Shown: positions 37,401 to 45,942 of the stretch, in pieces
Layout: the number at the start of each line of letters is the position of its first letter
Numbering within the stretch: position 1 is the first letter of the stretch
Assembly (NCBI GenBank): GCA_031550435.1
Contig: JAVBOO010000024.1
Coordinates: forward strand, 823-64,822
Source of the DNA: Eubacteriales bacterium
GTDB lineage: Bacteria; Bacillota; Clostridia; Lachnospirales; WRAX01
Length of the DNA: 64,000 nt
Reading direction: 5' to 3'
The notes under the pieces: model-generated
Told to the model about the DNA's origin: nothing
The model's database searches: none
What the model saw: only the letters and a program-made list of their open reading frames with translations
Position numbers and translations under genes: made by a program

Positions 37401-37919
37401 CTACTTGTGGTGTCTTGCTTTCCGAAGCTTTCGAAAATAAAAATACAGCACAAGTTTTTCCGGTATCCGTTTCAGTCTTACGCTAAACTCGTCTCTTTCA
37501 GATTTTGGCTTGATAAGTATGCTTGTCATACCTGCCGAATTCGCGCACCAAACATCCGTAAATACCTGATCGCCTATCAGAGCGCTCGAGTTTTTGTCCG
37601 TTCCCATCTGTGCCATTGCGCGGCTTATACCCTCTGTACCGGGCTTTTTCGCTTTCCATACTGCAAACACATTCAGCCGTTCATTGAATTTTTGTACTCT
37701 AGGCCGGCCGTTATTCGACACAAGGCAAAGTTCAAACCCTTTTGCGGCAAGCTCCTCAAAAAGCTCGACCGTTTGCTCGTCCGGATAAGCCACATCATAA
37801 GGCGAAAGCGTGTTGTCTATATCAAAAACAAGCCCTTTTATGCCTTTGCTTTTCAGCATGTCAAAGTCGATATCGCCGATTTTAGAATAATATAACTTCG
37901 GGTAAAGCATGTTTTTCAT
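37401..37919 (-). CDS. yqeG: YqeG family HAD-IIIA phosphatase
   Basis: FDIDNTL, CLVSNN and IGDQVFTDV motifs. 172 aa. Confidence 0.8.
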   Translation of the reverse strand: MKNMLYPKLYYSKIGDIDFDMLKSKGIKGLVFDIDNTLSPYDVAYPDEQTVELFEELAAKGFELCLVSNNGRPRVQKFNERLNVFAVWKAKKPGTEGISRAMAQMGTDKNSSALIGDQVFTDVWCANSAGMTSILIKPKSERDEFSVRLKRIPEKLVLYFYFRKLRKARHHK

Positions 37920-38067
37920 CAGACACCACTCACACCAGTCTTAAACCTTTAACAGTATACAGCAACGCTCTGTTCAATGCAATAATAATGTTTGAAGCGG
38001 ATGTTCCCGGGCGGAAAAGCGCTTCTTCGCTGCGGTCATCGTCACAAGTCATGCCTCTTGCCCATAG

Positions 38068-38089
38068 AAAAACCGCATTCGCATGCGGT
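38068..38089 (-). terminator. intrinsic terminator downstream of jag
   Basis: On the minus strand: ACCGCAT-GCGA-ATGCGGT followed by TTTTTC. Confidence 0.6.
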
Positions 38090-38136
38090 CGTAAGAAATC
38101 TATGGCTTCACTGCATGTGAAGGTGCGTCCGCGGCT

Positions 38137-38823
38137 TTATGCCTTCCACACCTTTTTCGTTCCGTATTTATTATCTGATCTTTTTGAGAAAGATACGCCT
38201 TTTTTCGGGGCGATTACGACGTTTCTGAACGGCTCGTCGCCCTCCGAATATGTTGTAACATATATGTCGTTCTGCAAGACCGAATGAATAATTCGTCTCT
38301 CAGCCGACGGCATCGGTTCGAGAACAACAGCTCTCTGGGTGCTCTTAACTTTTTTCGCCAGATTAATCGAAAGCGATTCAAGAGTATCGCGGCGACGCTG
38401 TCTGTAGTTTTCGGAGTCAAGTACAACGCTGATATATGTTCCCCTGCCCTTGTTTATCGTTAGATTTACAAGGTATTGCAGAGAATCGAGTGTCTGCCCT
38501 CTTTTACCGATAAAAACACCGAGGTTTTCGCCGGTCAGGTTTATTATGAGTTGTTTTTCGGTAAGTTCGGTTTGGATATCCACAGTAACCCCAAGGGCAA
38601 TCGCTATTTCCCGCAAGAATTTCTTTGCCCTTCCCTCCGGGTCGAATACAATCTCACAAAGGATTTTCGCCGGCTTTGCGCCTATACCAAACAAGCCTTT
38701 TGCTCCGGGGTCAAGAACAGTTATTTTAGCTTCTTCTTTTGTAATTTTCAATTTGGTCAGCGCTTCGGCAACCGCATCGTCCACGGTCTTGCCGCTGACT
38801 TCCAAGCTGTCGCGGATATCCAT
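38137..38823 (-). CDS. jag: RNA-binding protein Jag/KhpB (Jag_N + KH + R3H)
   Basis: 228 aa with a KH-like GKRGQTLDSLQYL and an R3H motif (SAERRIIHSVL). It follows yidC. Confidence 0.85.
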   Translation of the reverse strand: MDIRDSLEVSGKTVDDAVAEALTKLKITKEEAKITVLDPGAKGLFGIGAKPAKILCEIVFDPEGRAKKFLREIAIALGVTVDIQTELTEKQLIINLTGENLGVFIGKRGQTLDSLQYLVNLTINKGRGTYISVVLDSENYRQRRRDTLESLSINLAKKVKSTQRAVVLEPMPSAERRIIHSVLQNDIYVTTYSEGDEPFRNVVIAPKKGVSFSKRSDNKYGTKKVWKA

Positions 38824-38826
38824 CTT

Positions 38827-39954
38827 TTACTCCCCTTTTCTCCTGTACTGGTTCTGCTTATCCGCCTGCGCGTCAAGCATTTTTTGAAGGGTACCTTTTT
38901 TAGCCGGTTTCCCCTTCAGCTTCGCTTCTCTTTTTGCAAAATATGCGTCAAGCCGTTCTTTGTTGTAATACTTGCCGAGCAGATAAGACTGTCCCGCCTG
39001 GAACAACGACGAAACCGTCCAGTACACACCGACACCGGCAGAAGCTCCCGCAGCCATGAATATCATCATGATGGGCATACCGTACATCATATACTTTTGC
39101 ATATTTGCTTGAGAAGGCTCCGTTGTGTTGCGTGTCTGTCTCATGGAAATGATCGAAGTCAAAAGCGTAGCCAGACCCGTTAAGACAGGGATGATTATTC
39201 CGGGGAAGCTCCAACCGGAAACATCGATTAAGTTTATGCCAAACATAGACTCGATTTGGACTTTTTGGTTCAAAAGCGGCATTATCTGCTCTTTTAAATC
39301 AGGGAAACTGTTTGTAAGTGTTTGCCAGTTTGCCGAAGACATCTTGTTTACAAGCTTGGCCAGCTCCGACATCACATCGGGGTTAAGTATCATGCCCTTG
39401 GGAAGCTTCGCGTTAACGATAGCCCCGACAGAATCATAGAGACCGGGTATGTCGTGCATACCCTTGTTCAATACAACAGCGATTTGTGTATAAAGATCGT
39501 TAAGTCTGTCAACATACAGATAGCTCTGTTTAAGAAGCGAAAAAAGCGCGATGAAAATCGGAAGTGTTATCAAGAGCGGCAAACATCCGAGTATCGGATT
39601 CGCTCCGCCCTTTGAATACAGATTCTGAATTTCAACATTCATTTTGCGCTGAAGCTCGGGATCTTTTGTATCACCGTACTTCTTTTTTATTTTTGCCACC
39701 TCTGGCTGCAAATGCTGCGTAACAGCCATAGAGTGCTGCTGCTTTATTCCGAGAGGGAACATTATTATTCTGACTATTACCGTCATCGCAATAATCGAAA
39801 ACGCCATCGAGCCGGGCGAAGACAGCATATATGACAGTTCGAACAGCACGTTCAAAATAGCCCCGAGTATTCCGGTAATAAAACCGGTTATTCCGCTCGG
39901 GTCTTTCTCTATCATACCTAACAAAGATACAGCTTGATTGATTACATTACTCAA
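38827..39954 (-). CDS. yidC: membrane protein insertase YidC
   Basis: Polytopic protein with KKYGDTKDPELQRKMNVEIQNLYSKGGANPILGCLPLLITLPIF and a basic C-terminal tail. Confidence 0.85.
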   Translation of the reverse strand: MSNVINQAVSLLGMIEKDPSGITGFITGILGAILNVLFELSYMLSSPGSMAFSIIAMTVIVRIIMFPLGIKQQHSMAVTQHLQPEVAKIKKKYGDTKDPELQRKMNVEIQNLYSKGGANPILGCLPLLITLPIFIALFSLLKQSYLYVDRLNDLYTQIAVVLNKGMHDIPGLYDSVGAIVNAKLPKGMILNPDVMSELAKLVNKMSSANWQTLTNSFPDLKEQIMPLLNQKVQIESMFGINLIDVSGWSFPGIIIPVLTGLATLLTSIISMRQTRNTTEPSQANMQKYMMYGMPIMMIFMAAGASAGVGVYWTVSSLFQAGQSYLLGKYYNKERLDAYFAKREAKLKGKPAKKGTLQKMLDAQADKQNQYRRKGE

Positions 39955-40091
39955 AGCTAAGCCCCCATTAAATGGCAGACGCCGATTAATTTAATAAAAG
40001 TTTTCCGCGAAGAAAAAGCCAAAGAAAAGCTCCGCCTCCGAAACCTACCGGCAAAAACGCCGGTGCGCAGTCAAACAAAACTTCCGCTTTC

Positions 40092-40313
40092 TCACGGTAC
40101 GGGATCATACCCCCCGCGAGAAAACGGGTTACATCTGAGTATTCGCCAAACGGCAAGAAACACGCCCTTAACCGCTCCATGCTTTTCCACCGCCTCGACG
40201 GCATAGCTAGAACAAGTCGGGTAGAACTTGCAGCTTCGCGGCAGCATTGGAGAGATAAACTTCTTATATATGTTTATAAGAAAAATCACCGAACGCTTAG
40301 CCATATTTGCCAT
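40092..40313 (-). CDS. yidD: membrane protein insertion efficiency factor YidD
   Basis: 73 aa with [19 protein letters not shown]. Confidence 0.85.
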   Translation of the reverse strand: MANMAKRSVIFLINIYKKFISPMLPRSCKFYPTCSSYAVEAVEKHGAVKGVFLAVWRILRCNPFSRGGYDPVP

Positions 40314-40349
40314 GTATTCAACACCTTAGATCAAAGAAAAGCTCCGGGT

Positions 40350-40736
40350 TTATTCGCGGTTTAGCTTATATGGTAAGCTCTCGCCCGTCTTTTCGTAAAT
40401 TTCGGTCAGTCCGTGTTTATAAAGAAGTTTCGAAACAGACTGCCTTATTTCACAATATACGGCCTCAGACGATGACTGTCTTGCGATAACGACAATATCA
40501 TATCCGGCGCGGACACCTTCTTTTTCGACAGCTCTATAGCTTTCCTTTATAAGTCTCCTTATCCTGTTTCTTATAACGCTTTTGCCTACCTTTTTGCTCA
40601 CGGAAAGACCTAGGCGATTTCCCTCTGTCCTGTTCGGGTAGACATACATCACAAGCAACTTGTCCGCTATAGACTTGCCTTTGTTGTAAACAACCTTAAA
40701 CTGGTTGTTCTTTTTTAATGAGCAGGTAAATAACAT
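40350..40736 (-). CDS. rnpA: ribonuclease P protein component
   Basis: 128-aa basic protein with RLGLSVSKKVGKSVIRNRIRRLIKE, immediately downstream of rpmH. Confidence 0.85.
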   Translation of the reverse strand: MLFTCSLKKNNQFKVVYNKGKSIADKLLVMYVYPNRTEGNRLGLSVSKKVGKSVIRNRIRRLIKESYRAVEKEGVRAGYDIVVIARQSSSEAVYCEIRQSVSKLLYKHGLTEIYEKTGESLPYKLNRE

Positions 40737-40764
40737 AGTTCACCCGTATTTTCCGCAATACTAC

Positions 40765-40784
40765 AAAAACCCGCCGAAGCGGGT
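40765..40784 (-). terminator. hairpin plus T-run between rpmH and rnpA (terminator/attenuator)
   Basis: On the minus strand: ACCCGC-TTCG-GCGGGT followed by TTTTTG, 8 nt after the rpmH stop. Confidence 0.55.
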
Positions 40785-40791
40785 CTCGGTA

Positions 40792-40926
40792 TTAAGCCGT
40801 AAGTACAGCTCTGCCTTTTCTGCGTCTTCTTGCCAAGACTTTCCTGCCATTGGCCGTTCTCATTCTTTTAAGAAAACCGTGTTCTCTGCTTCTTTGCTTC
40901 TTTTTCGGTTGAAATGTCCTTTTCAT
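40792..40926 (-). CDS. rpmH: 50S ribosomal protein L34
   Basis: Not in the ORF track (44 aa). Hand translation gives [51 protein letters not shown] lies upstream. Confidence 0.9.
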   Translation of the reverse strand: MKRTFQPKKKQRSREHGFLKRMRTANGRKVLARRRRKGRAVLTA

Positions 40927-41185
40927 TACAAGGCACCTCCTCACAATAATTTGCTGATCTGAAAATCCGACAGCGGATTATAGGCGGTTTTTATAAACCG
41001 GCACTACCGGAACTCTCCTCCGGGCATTGCCGGTAAAATTCCGAAACATAGAACATTATAGTTTAAATACGAGCTTTCGTCAAGCAAAACATCAAATATT
41101 TTGGTAGGTACAAATTGCAAGTACAATTGCCGGACAAAAACAGTGCGCTATGGTTTTGGGTGCGCAAAAGATCTTGGTACGTGCA

Positions 41186-41460
41186 GAATTAATCGAACGG
41201 TTGCGCCCGAAAGTGACAACCGAAAGCATCCCACTCCGCATAAAGAAGTGTTGAAAATTGCGCACGAAACCCACTTTAGTGGGTTGAGCGAGCGGCGCTC
41301 TCCATTGAAAAATGGTGTTTTCCCATTTTCAATGGAAAGCCGCAAGGCGATTTTTCAACATGCCCCACAAAGGCCGTATAACGGCCGTTGCGGACGAAGA
41401 TGCGCGGATTAAATCAGCCGTGTATCCGTCCAAAGTGATCTGATCAGTGTTTACCTTGTT
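41186..41460 (+). repeat. family E structured repeat, copy E2, split by the C2 insertion
   Basis: 41186..41245 and 41366..41460 align, when joined, with 50620..50755. The join falls at CA(T/C)AAAG. Confidence 0.75.
41246..41365 (+). mobile_element. family C MITE-like element, copy C2, inserted in E2
   Basis: AAGTGTTGAAAATTGCG...CGATTTTTCAACATGCCC has imperfect inverted termini sharing TGTTGAAAA. It is flanked directly by CATAAAG (41239..41245) and CACAAAG (41366..41372). Confidence 0.7.
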
Positions 41461-41519
41461 TCAAAACCGGACTCGGTTCTTCACATGACCGGTTTGCAGA
41501 TAAAGCCTCACGTCGCTCG

Positions 41520-42851
41520 TTATTCATCTTTAGCTTTACCTGCTTGGCCGGAATCATCTCGCCGCCTGTGTCCGAAAGGCTTTTGAAAGTTCTCGTTTTT
41601 CGTATCGCTCTTCATATCTTTTTTTATATCTTTTTTTACATCCTTTATTATATCCTTTTTTGTATCGCCTTTAGGATTGTTTTTCCGGCTCTTTTCGTTC
41701 GCGGCAGCAGGGTTTTCATCGTTTAAGGCGTTGTTTTGCCCTTTCGGATTTTTCGGCTTGCGAAACGGCTTTTTATGTTCTTTCTTTTGCGCTTCGTCCT
41801 GTTTTACCTCAGACTCGTCCGCTTTCTTCGATGCAAAATGTCTTTTTGGCTTGGCGGCTTTTGCCTCGGACTTTGTCTCAAACCTTACGTCAGATTTTGC
41901 TTCGGATTTTACTTCCGGCTTTACTTCCGGTTTTGCTTCAAATCTCGCTTCAAGTCTTGTGTCAGCCTTTGCTTCAAGTCTTGCGCCAAACTTTGACTCC
42001 GACCGTGTATCAATCTGCGAGGCCGCCTGTTCGGAAACAGATTTTTCGCGTTTCACGGCAGTGCTCGCCTTGCTCCTGGCATTTTGCTGATTCTTGGCTG
42101 CCGGTTGCTTGTCTTGCTGCCCCTGCTCTGCCGGCTTTGTCTGCTGTCGTTCGGGATTTTGCTTCGGCCTAGCTTTTTCAGGCTTTTGCCTGTCGGATTT
42201 TACAGACAGCTCTTCCCTTTCGGTCTGCCGAATTTGAACTTTTTCGGGTCGCTGCCGCTCCGTCCTTTCAAACTGCTTATTCTGCGTTCTTTCCTGTTTT
42301 TGTTTTTCGGTGGCGGTATCAGGCTTTTGTCTGTCCTGCGTGTTGTCCGGCTTCTTGCGATACTGGTACTGATCCTTGTCCTGCCTTGTTTTATTAAGCT
42401 GCTGTTTGACCGGCTGCGTTTTCTGCTTCTGTTGCTTTTTTTTATCGGCATGTTTTAACCCGACTATCGTAAACGTCTCGTTAAAACTCGCCATTTTGCA
42501 GAATTTCAGATGAGTGTTCGCGTAATAGCCGTCGTCGTTGTTATAAATACCGGTCAAAATATCGTTTCGTTCGACATAAACTGTGTAGCGCTGATTATCT
42601 TTTTTGGGATACAGTATATATACGTAACCGTCGTCATTCATCAGATTTTTTTCCGCTATGTCGTTAAGCCTGCCGGTAATTTCATCGATACTCATACCAA
42701 AAAACACTATCAGATCATATCGTTCCTTTGCCGCTTCAACATCAAAGTCCAAAGCGTCGAACTCGTGAACATCTTCCGGCTTGTTGATTATCAACTTGTC
42801 TTTATGACTGCTGATTCTCAGCTTGCTTATTATATTATCGTAATCATTCAT
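41520..42851 (-). CDS. hypothetical protein: ~150-aa globular N-domain plus ~290-aa highly charged K/E/Q/R-rich low-complexity tail
   Basis: 443-aa ORF. The tail carries imperfect short repeats (RLEAKADTRLEARFEAKPEVKPEVKSEAKSDVRFETKSEAK; KKDIIKDVKKDIKKDMK). The many opposite-strand ORFs here are compositional shadows. Confidence 0.5.
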   Translation of the reverse strand: MNDYDNIISKLRISSHKDKLIINKPEDVHEFDALDFDVEAAKERYDLIVFFGMSIDEITGRLNDIAEKNLMNDDGYVYILYPKKDNQRYTVYVERNDILTGIYNNDDGYYANTHLKFCKMASFNETFTIVGLKHADKKKQQKQKTQPVKQQLNKTRQDKDQYQYRKKPDNTQDRQKPDTATEKQKQERTQNKQFERTERQRPEKVQIRQTEREELSVKSDRQKPEKARPKQNPERQQTKPAEQGQQDKQPAAKNQQNARSKASTAVKREKSVSEQAASQIDTRSESKFGARLEAKADTRLEARFEAKPEVKPEVKSEAKSDVRFETKSEAKAAKPKRHFASKKADESEVKQDEAQKKEHKKPFRKPKNPKGQNNALNDENPAAANEKSRKNNPKGDTKKDIIKDVKKDIKKDMKSDTKNENFQKPFGHRRRDDSGQAGKAKDE

Positions 42852-42912
42852 GTTACCCTCCGAGAGGTTGCCCGTATAACGGTTTCTGCAAAAATAGTTT
42901 TCAAAATTATAG

Positions 42913-42990
42913 TATTGCTCCCCGATTAAACCCTGCGGTCCAAAAGTGAATGCAGCGCGAATTCTGAGAAAAGTTAAATTGTCGCCCTAA
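42913..42990 (-). repeat. family A repeat, degenerate copy A8
   Basis: TATTGCTCCCCGATTAAACCCTGCGGTC...AAATTGTCGCCCTAA is a recognisable but eroded A copy. Confidence 0.5.
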
Positions 42991-43118
42991 CAGCCGCAGC
43001 TTCATTTCTTCGATCAGGCAAGGAAAATCGATATAATCAAAGCGTGCACCGGCGCATGTCTCCGCACTGCTGTCAATTATAAACCGGTTAAACTAAAACG
43101 GCAATAGGAGATTTAACT

Positions 43119-44426
43119 TTACCTTCGCATTAATCCCGCGTAAGCCGCACCGAAAACCGTCGAATCTTCGGCGCTGATAATATGAGGGTACAAACCGCGC
43201 TCCTTACTCAGGCAACCGGCTATATAATCCCGAAAATATTCTCTGAAACGGACAGATTTTGAGAACGTCGTGCCTTCGGCAGTCACGCAGACAGGAAAAC
43301 GTTCGTCTGTTCCCTTGCCTGTCTTAAACATTATTCCCGCCAGTATAACAGCGCAGTATTTCGCGGCTCTTCGTATTATGTTTTCCGCGATTATCCGCGC
43401 CGTCTCCCTGTCGCTTTTAGATGCAAAAATATTATAAAGCGTATTTTTAACATCGGCGCTCGCGGCAAAATCGTGAACCTCCGCCGAACTCAGTTTTTTA
43501 AGCTCGACTGTATCGGGGCCAAAGTCAAAAACACCGTACTCTGCCGCAGCCTCCAGCACCTTATATGTCAGTCTGCCGAGATACGCTCCGGATACCGCCT
43601 TTTCAAGAAAATGCTCGCCGGGATTTTGACTTTCGGCATCCGCCGCTTCGTCAAGTTTACACCTTGAAAGAGGGATATACCCGCCAGCCTCTGTGTTGAT
43701 TATCATTTTACCGGAAAGCGAAGTAACTTCTGCCCTTTTTTCTATATTGCGGCACTGTTCGTAATAGCAGGCGTTGATCCCCGTGCCGAGCACAAAGCCC
43801 ATATAATCGCTGTAGCGCGCGCTGTTCGAATGTGCCCTTCCCCCGAGCAGGCATGCTGTAGTATCGTTCAGAACAGCTATGCTTTTTTGGGCGCGACAAC
43901 CGAGACGCAGCAGTGCGGCGTTGAGATTTTCTCCGATTAGAGCTCCTTTAATATCTTGTACCCCCGATTCCTTGCTCATACTGTTTATTCTCGCGTCAAG
44001 ACCGGGCAGTATTTCCGCGCTGTACGAAAAGCAAAAACCTATATGCTCGCTTGCATCCGCTACGGGCATAACGCGGGAGGCAAGCTCATCAAAAAACTCA
44101 AGCCTTGTGATGATTTTGCCTGTTCCGGGCATCGGATAACGTTTCAAATACTCTATGCTTCCCTTCAAATCTTTGTCAAACCCGACAACTGCTACCCTAA
44201 AGTTCGTGCCTCCGGCATCAAGCGCTATGACTTTGCAATCCGATACGCTGCCGCAGTCAGTTATAAATGACGGTATCATTTCGAGGCAGGACTTGCCTAA
44301 AAGACCGAGCTTCATCTCGTTTAAAAAATACTCGGTCTCTTCTTTAAAATTTACGCATTCGTGATGTATTCCGCTTTTAAAAAGAAAATCGTTTACTTTA
44401 TCCCGCTTATCCATTTTTTCTCCCAT
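43119..44426 (-). CDS. hexokinase-family sugar kinase
   Basis: 435 aa. ALDAGGTNFRVAVVGF is the hexokinase-type phosphate-1 motif. The actin-like ATPase layout includes GFVLGTGINACY. Confidence 0.7.
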   Translation of the reverse strand: MGEKMDKRDKVNDFLFKSGIHHECVNFKEETEYFLNEMKLGLLGKSCLEMIPSFITDCGSVSDCKVIALDAGGTNFRVAVVGFDKDLKGSIEYLKRYPMPGTGKIITRLEFFDELASRVMPVADASEHIGFCFSYSAEILPGLDARINSMSKESGVQDIKGALIGENLNAALLRLGCRAQKSIAVLNDTTACLLGGRAHSNSARYSDYMGFVLGTGINACYYEQCRNIEKRAEVTSLSGKMIINTEAGGYIPLSRCKLDEAADAESQNPGEHFLEKAVSGAYLGRLTYKVLEAAAEYGVFDFGPDTVELKKLSSAEVHDFAASADVKNTLYNIFASKSDRETARIIAENIIRRAAKYCAVILAGIMFKTGKGTDERFPVCVTAEGTTFSKSVRFREYFRDYIAGCLSKERGLYPHIISAEDSTVFGAAYAGLMRR

Positions 44427-44472
44427 AACAAGGATTAAAATGCGCGGTGTGCCGGCAGAGGCACACCGCGCT

Positions 44473-44529
44473 TATTACTTCGGCAACAAAATATAGGAAA
44501 ACGCTATATTTTGTCGTTCCCGCGGTAAT
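44473..44529 (-). repeat. family B repeat, short deletion form B9
   Basis: The reverse complement ATTACCGCGG-GAACGA-CAAAATATAGCGTTTTCCTATATTTTGTTGCCGAAGTAATA keeps both B termini and the right-hand ~45 nt of 59978..60137. Confidence 0.7.
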
Positions 44530-44556
44530 GTTACTTACACAGCGACACTTCGTTGA

Positions 44557-45942
44557 CTATTCTGTTCTTATAGCGTTTATCGCGCTTATCCTCATTGCGC
44601 GTCTCGCCGGCATAAATCCGGAAATTAGCCCGATAAACGTTGCAAAGGCCAGAGCGGCGACTGCCAACCATACAGGTATGACAGATATCGTCGTTGTCTC
44701 TGAATACATTTGCATAGGGATGATTGAAAGACCTTTAACGTTATTGAGTATGTAGGATACAAGATAACTCAGCCCTATACCGAACACCCCTCCCGCAAAT
44801 CCTATAATCATCGATTCGAGAAGGAACAGCTTTCCGATATCGTTCAGTTTTGCTCCGATAACCTTCATAACGCCGATTTCCTTTGTGCGCTCGTATATTG
44901 ACATAAGCATTGTATTTGCTATTCCGATTGCGGCGACAAACAGCGAAACACCGCCTATCGCGGCTAAAAGCATCTGAAGCCCGGCCATCATGTCAGTCAT
45001 TCTTTTTACTTCCTCGGTCGGAGAGTAAGTATCGGTAAAACCGAGTTCCTTAATCTTTTCAACGACTTTTAAGGCGTTTTTCATATCGTCAACTTTGACC
45101 AGTGCCGTCTGATAGCCTTTTGTCTCGTTACCGCCTCTGGAACCGTTTGACTTTTCCCATTTTTGCTGATCCTTGGTGATTTTTTGAACCTGGGCAATAG
45201 GCATGACCGAATAGTATGATCTCTCCCAGTCGTCCGACTGAGTCATAACGCCCATAACCTTAATTTTGTAGGTATCGGCTTTTTTCCCGGTCGTCTCACC
45301 GACAACCTTTTCGCCGTAGCTATAATCGTAGGACATTGTGAATCTGTCCTTCATCGGGTCAACGTTCGCCGCGGGAACATCCGACATGCCGCCGGAGTTT
45401 CCCGCAACCATAACTCCGCCTCCGTAAACCCTGACTCCGCCTCCTCCCCCCCTTTGTCTCGCGGATGTGAAGTTAAACGCGGCCTGAGACGAAAAAACTA
45501 TTGTATAGCCCTCACCCTCCTCAGGCAGCAAATCTCCCTGTTCGACCTTATAACCCATCGCTTCCATAGCCTCGGGATACATTCCTCTTATGCTTAGCCA
45601 TGCGCTGTATTTCCCGGACACAAACTTATAGCCGGTCTCAATAATCGGAGTCGCGATAGTTACATGCGCCATATCGTTAAACTGTTTAATCATAGCGTCA
45701 TCCAGCACGAGCGCGTCACTAGAACCACCGTTGTAACCCTGCCAGTTATATACTCTGATAATTGTGAGGTCGCCCCACATTTTCACTTGTTCTTCAAAGC
45801 TTACGTTTACTCCTATTCCGAGCGACACCATCGCCACAATTGCAGTTGTGCCGACCACAACGCCGAGAATCGTTAGGAAGGTGCGCAGTTTTCGCTTTAA
45901 CAGGTTGCGAATACCCATTGATAATACATCAAGATTACTCAT
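44557..45942 (-). CDS. ABC transporter permease, FtsX/MacB type
   Basis: 461 aa. An N-terminal TM helix is followed by a large extracytoplasmic domain and a C-terminal FtsX-like 3-TM bundle (ERTKEIGVMKVIGA). Confidence 0.8.
   Translation of the reverse strand: MSNLDVLSMGIRNLLKRKLRTFLTILGVVVGTTAIVAMVSLGIGVNVSFEEQVKMWGDLTIIRVYNWQGYNGGSSDALVLDDAMIKQFNDMAHVTIATPIIETGYKFVSGKYSAWLSIRGMYPEAMEAMGYKVEQGDLLPEEGEGYTIVFSSQAAFNFTSARQRGGGGGVRVYGGGVMVAGNSGGMSDVPAANVDPMKDRFTMSYDYSYGEKVVGETTGKKADTYKIKVMGVMTQSDDWERSYYSVMPIAQVQKITKDQQKWEKSNGSRGGNETKGYQTALVKVDDMKNALKVVEKIKELGFTDTYSPTEEVKRMTDMMAGLQMLLAAIGGVSLFVAAIGIANTMLMSIYERTKEIGVMKVIGAKLNDIGKLFLLESMIIGFAGGVFGIGLSYLVSYILNNVKGLSIIPMQMYSETTTISVIPVWLAVAALAFATFIGLISGFMPARRAMRISAINAIRTE

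Noticed and set aside
37988-38287. ORF 37988..38287 and ORF 39986..40204 in the jag-yidC-yidD region.
   Set aside because: They overlap terminator or intergenic sequence and the antisense strand of jag/yidD. They have no supporting signals.
41092-41412. Track ORFs 41092..41274, 41101..41412 and 41148..41345.
   Set aside because: They lie entirely within the E2/C2 repeat DNA.
40927-41519. oriC / DnaA-box cluster upstream of rpmH.
   Set aside because: The gap is almost entirely explained by the E2 and C2 repeats. I saw no DnaA boxes and there is no adjacent dnaA.
41544-42929. A stack of plus-strand ORFs (41544..41726, 41677..42090, 41736..41996, 41831..42172, 42084..42458, 42510..42929) and minus-strand ORF 42200..42451.
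   Set aside because: They are compositional shadows of the low-complexity K/E/Q-rich gene on the minus strand. Their translations are Leu/Phe/Ser-rich nonsense.
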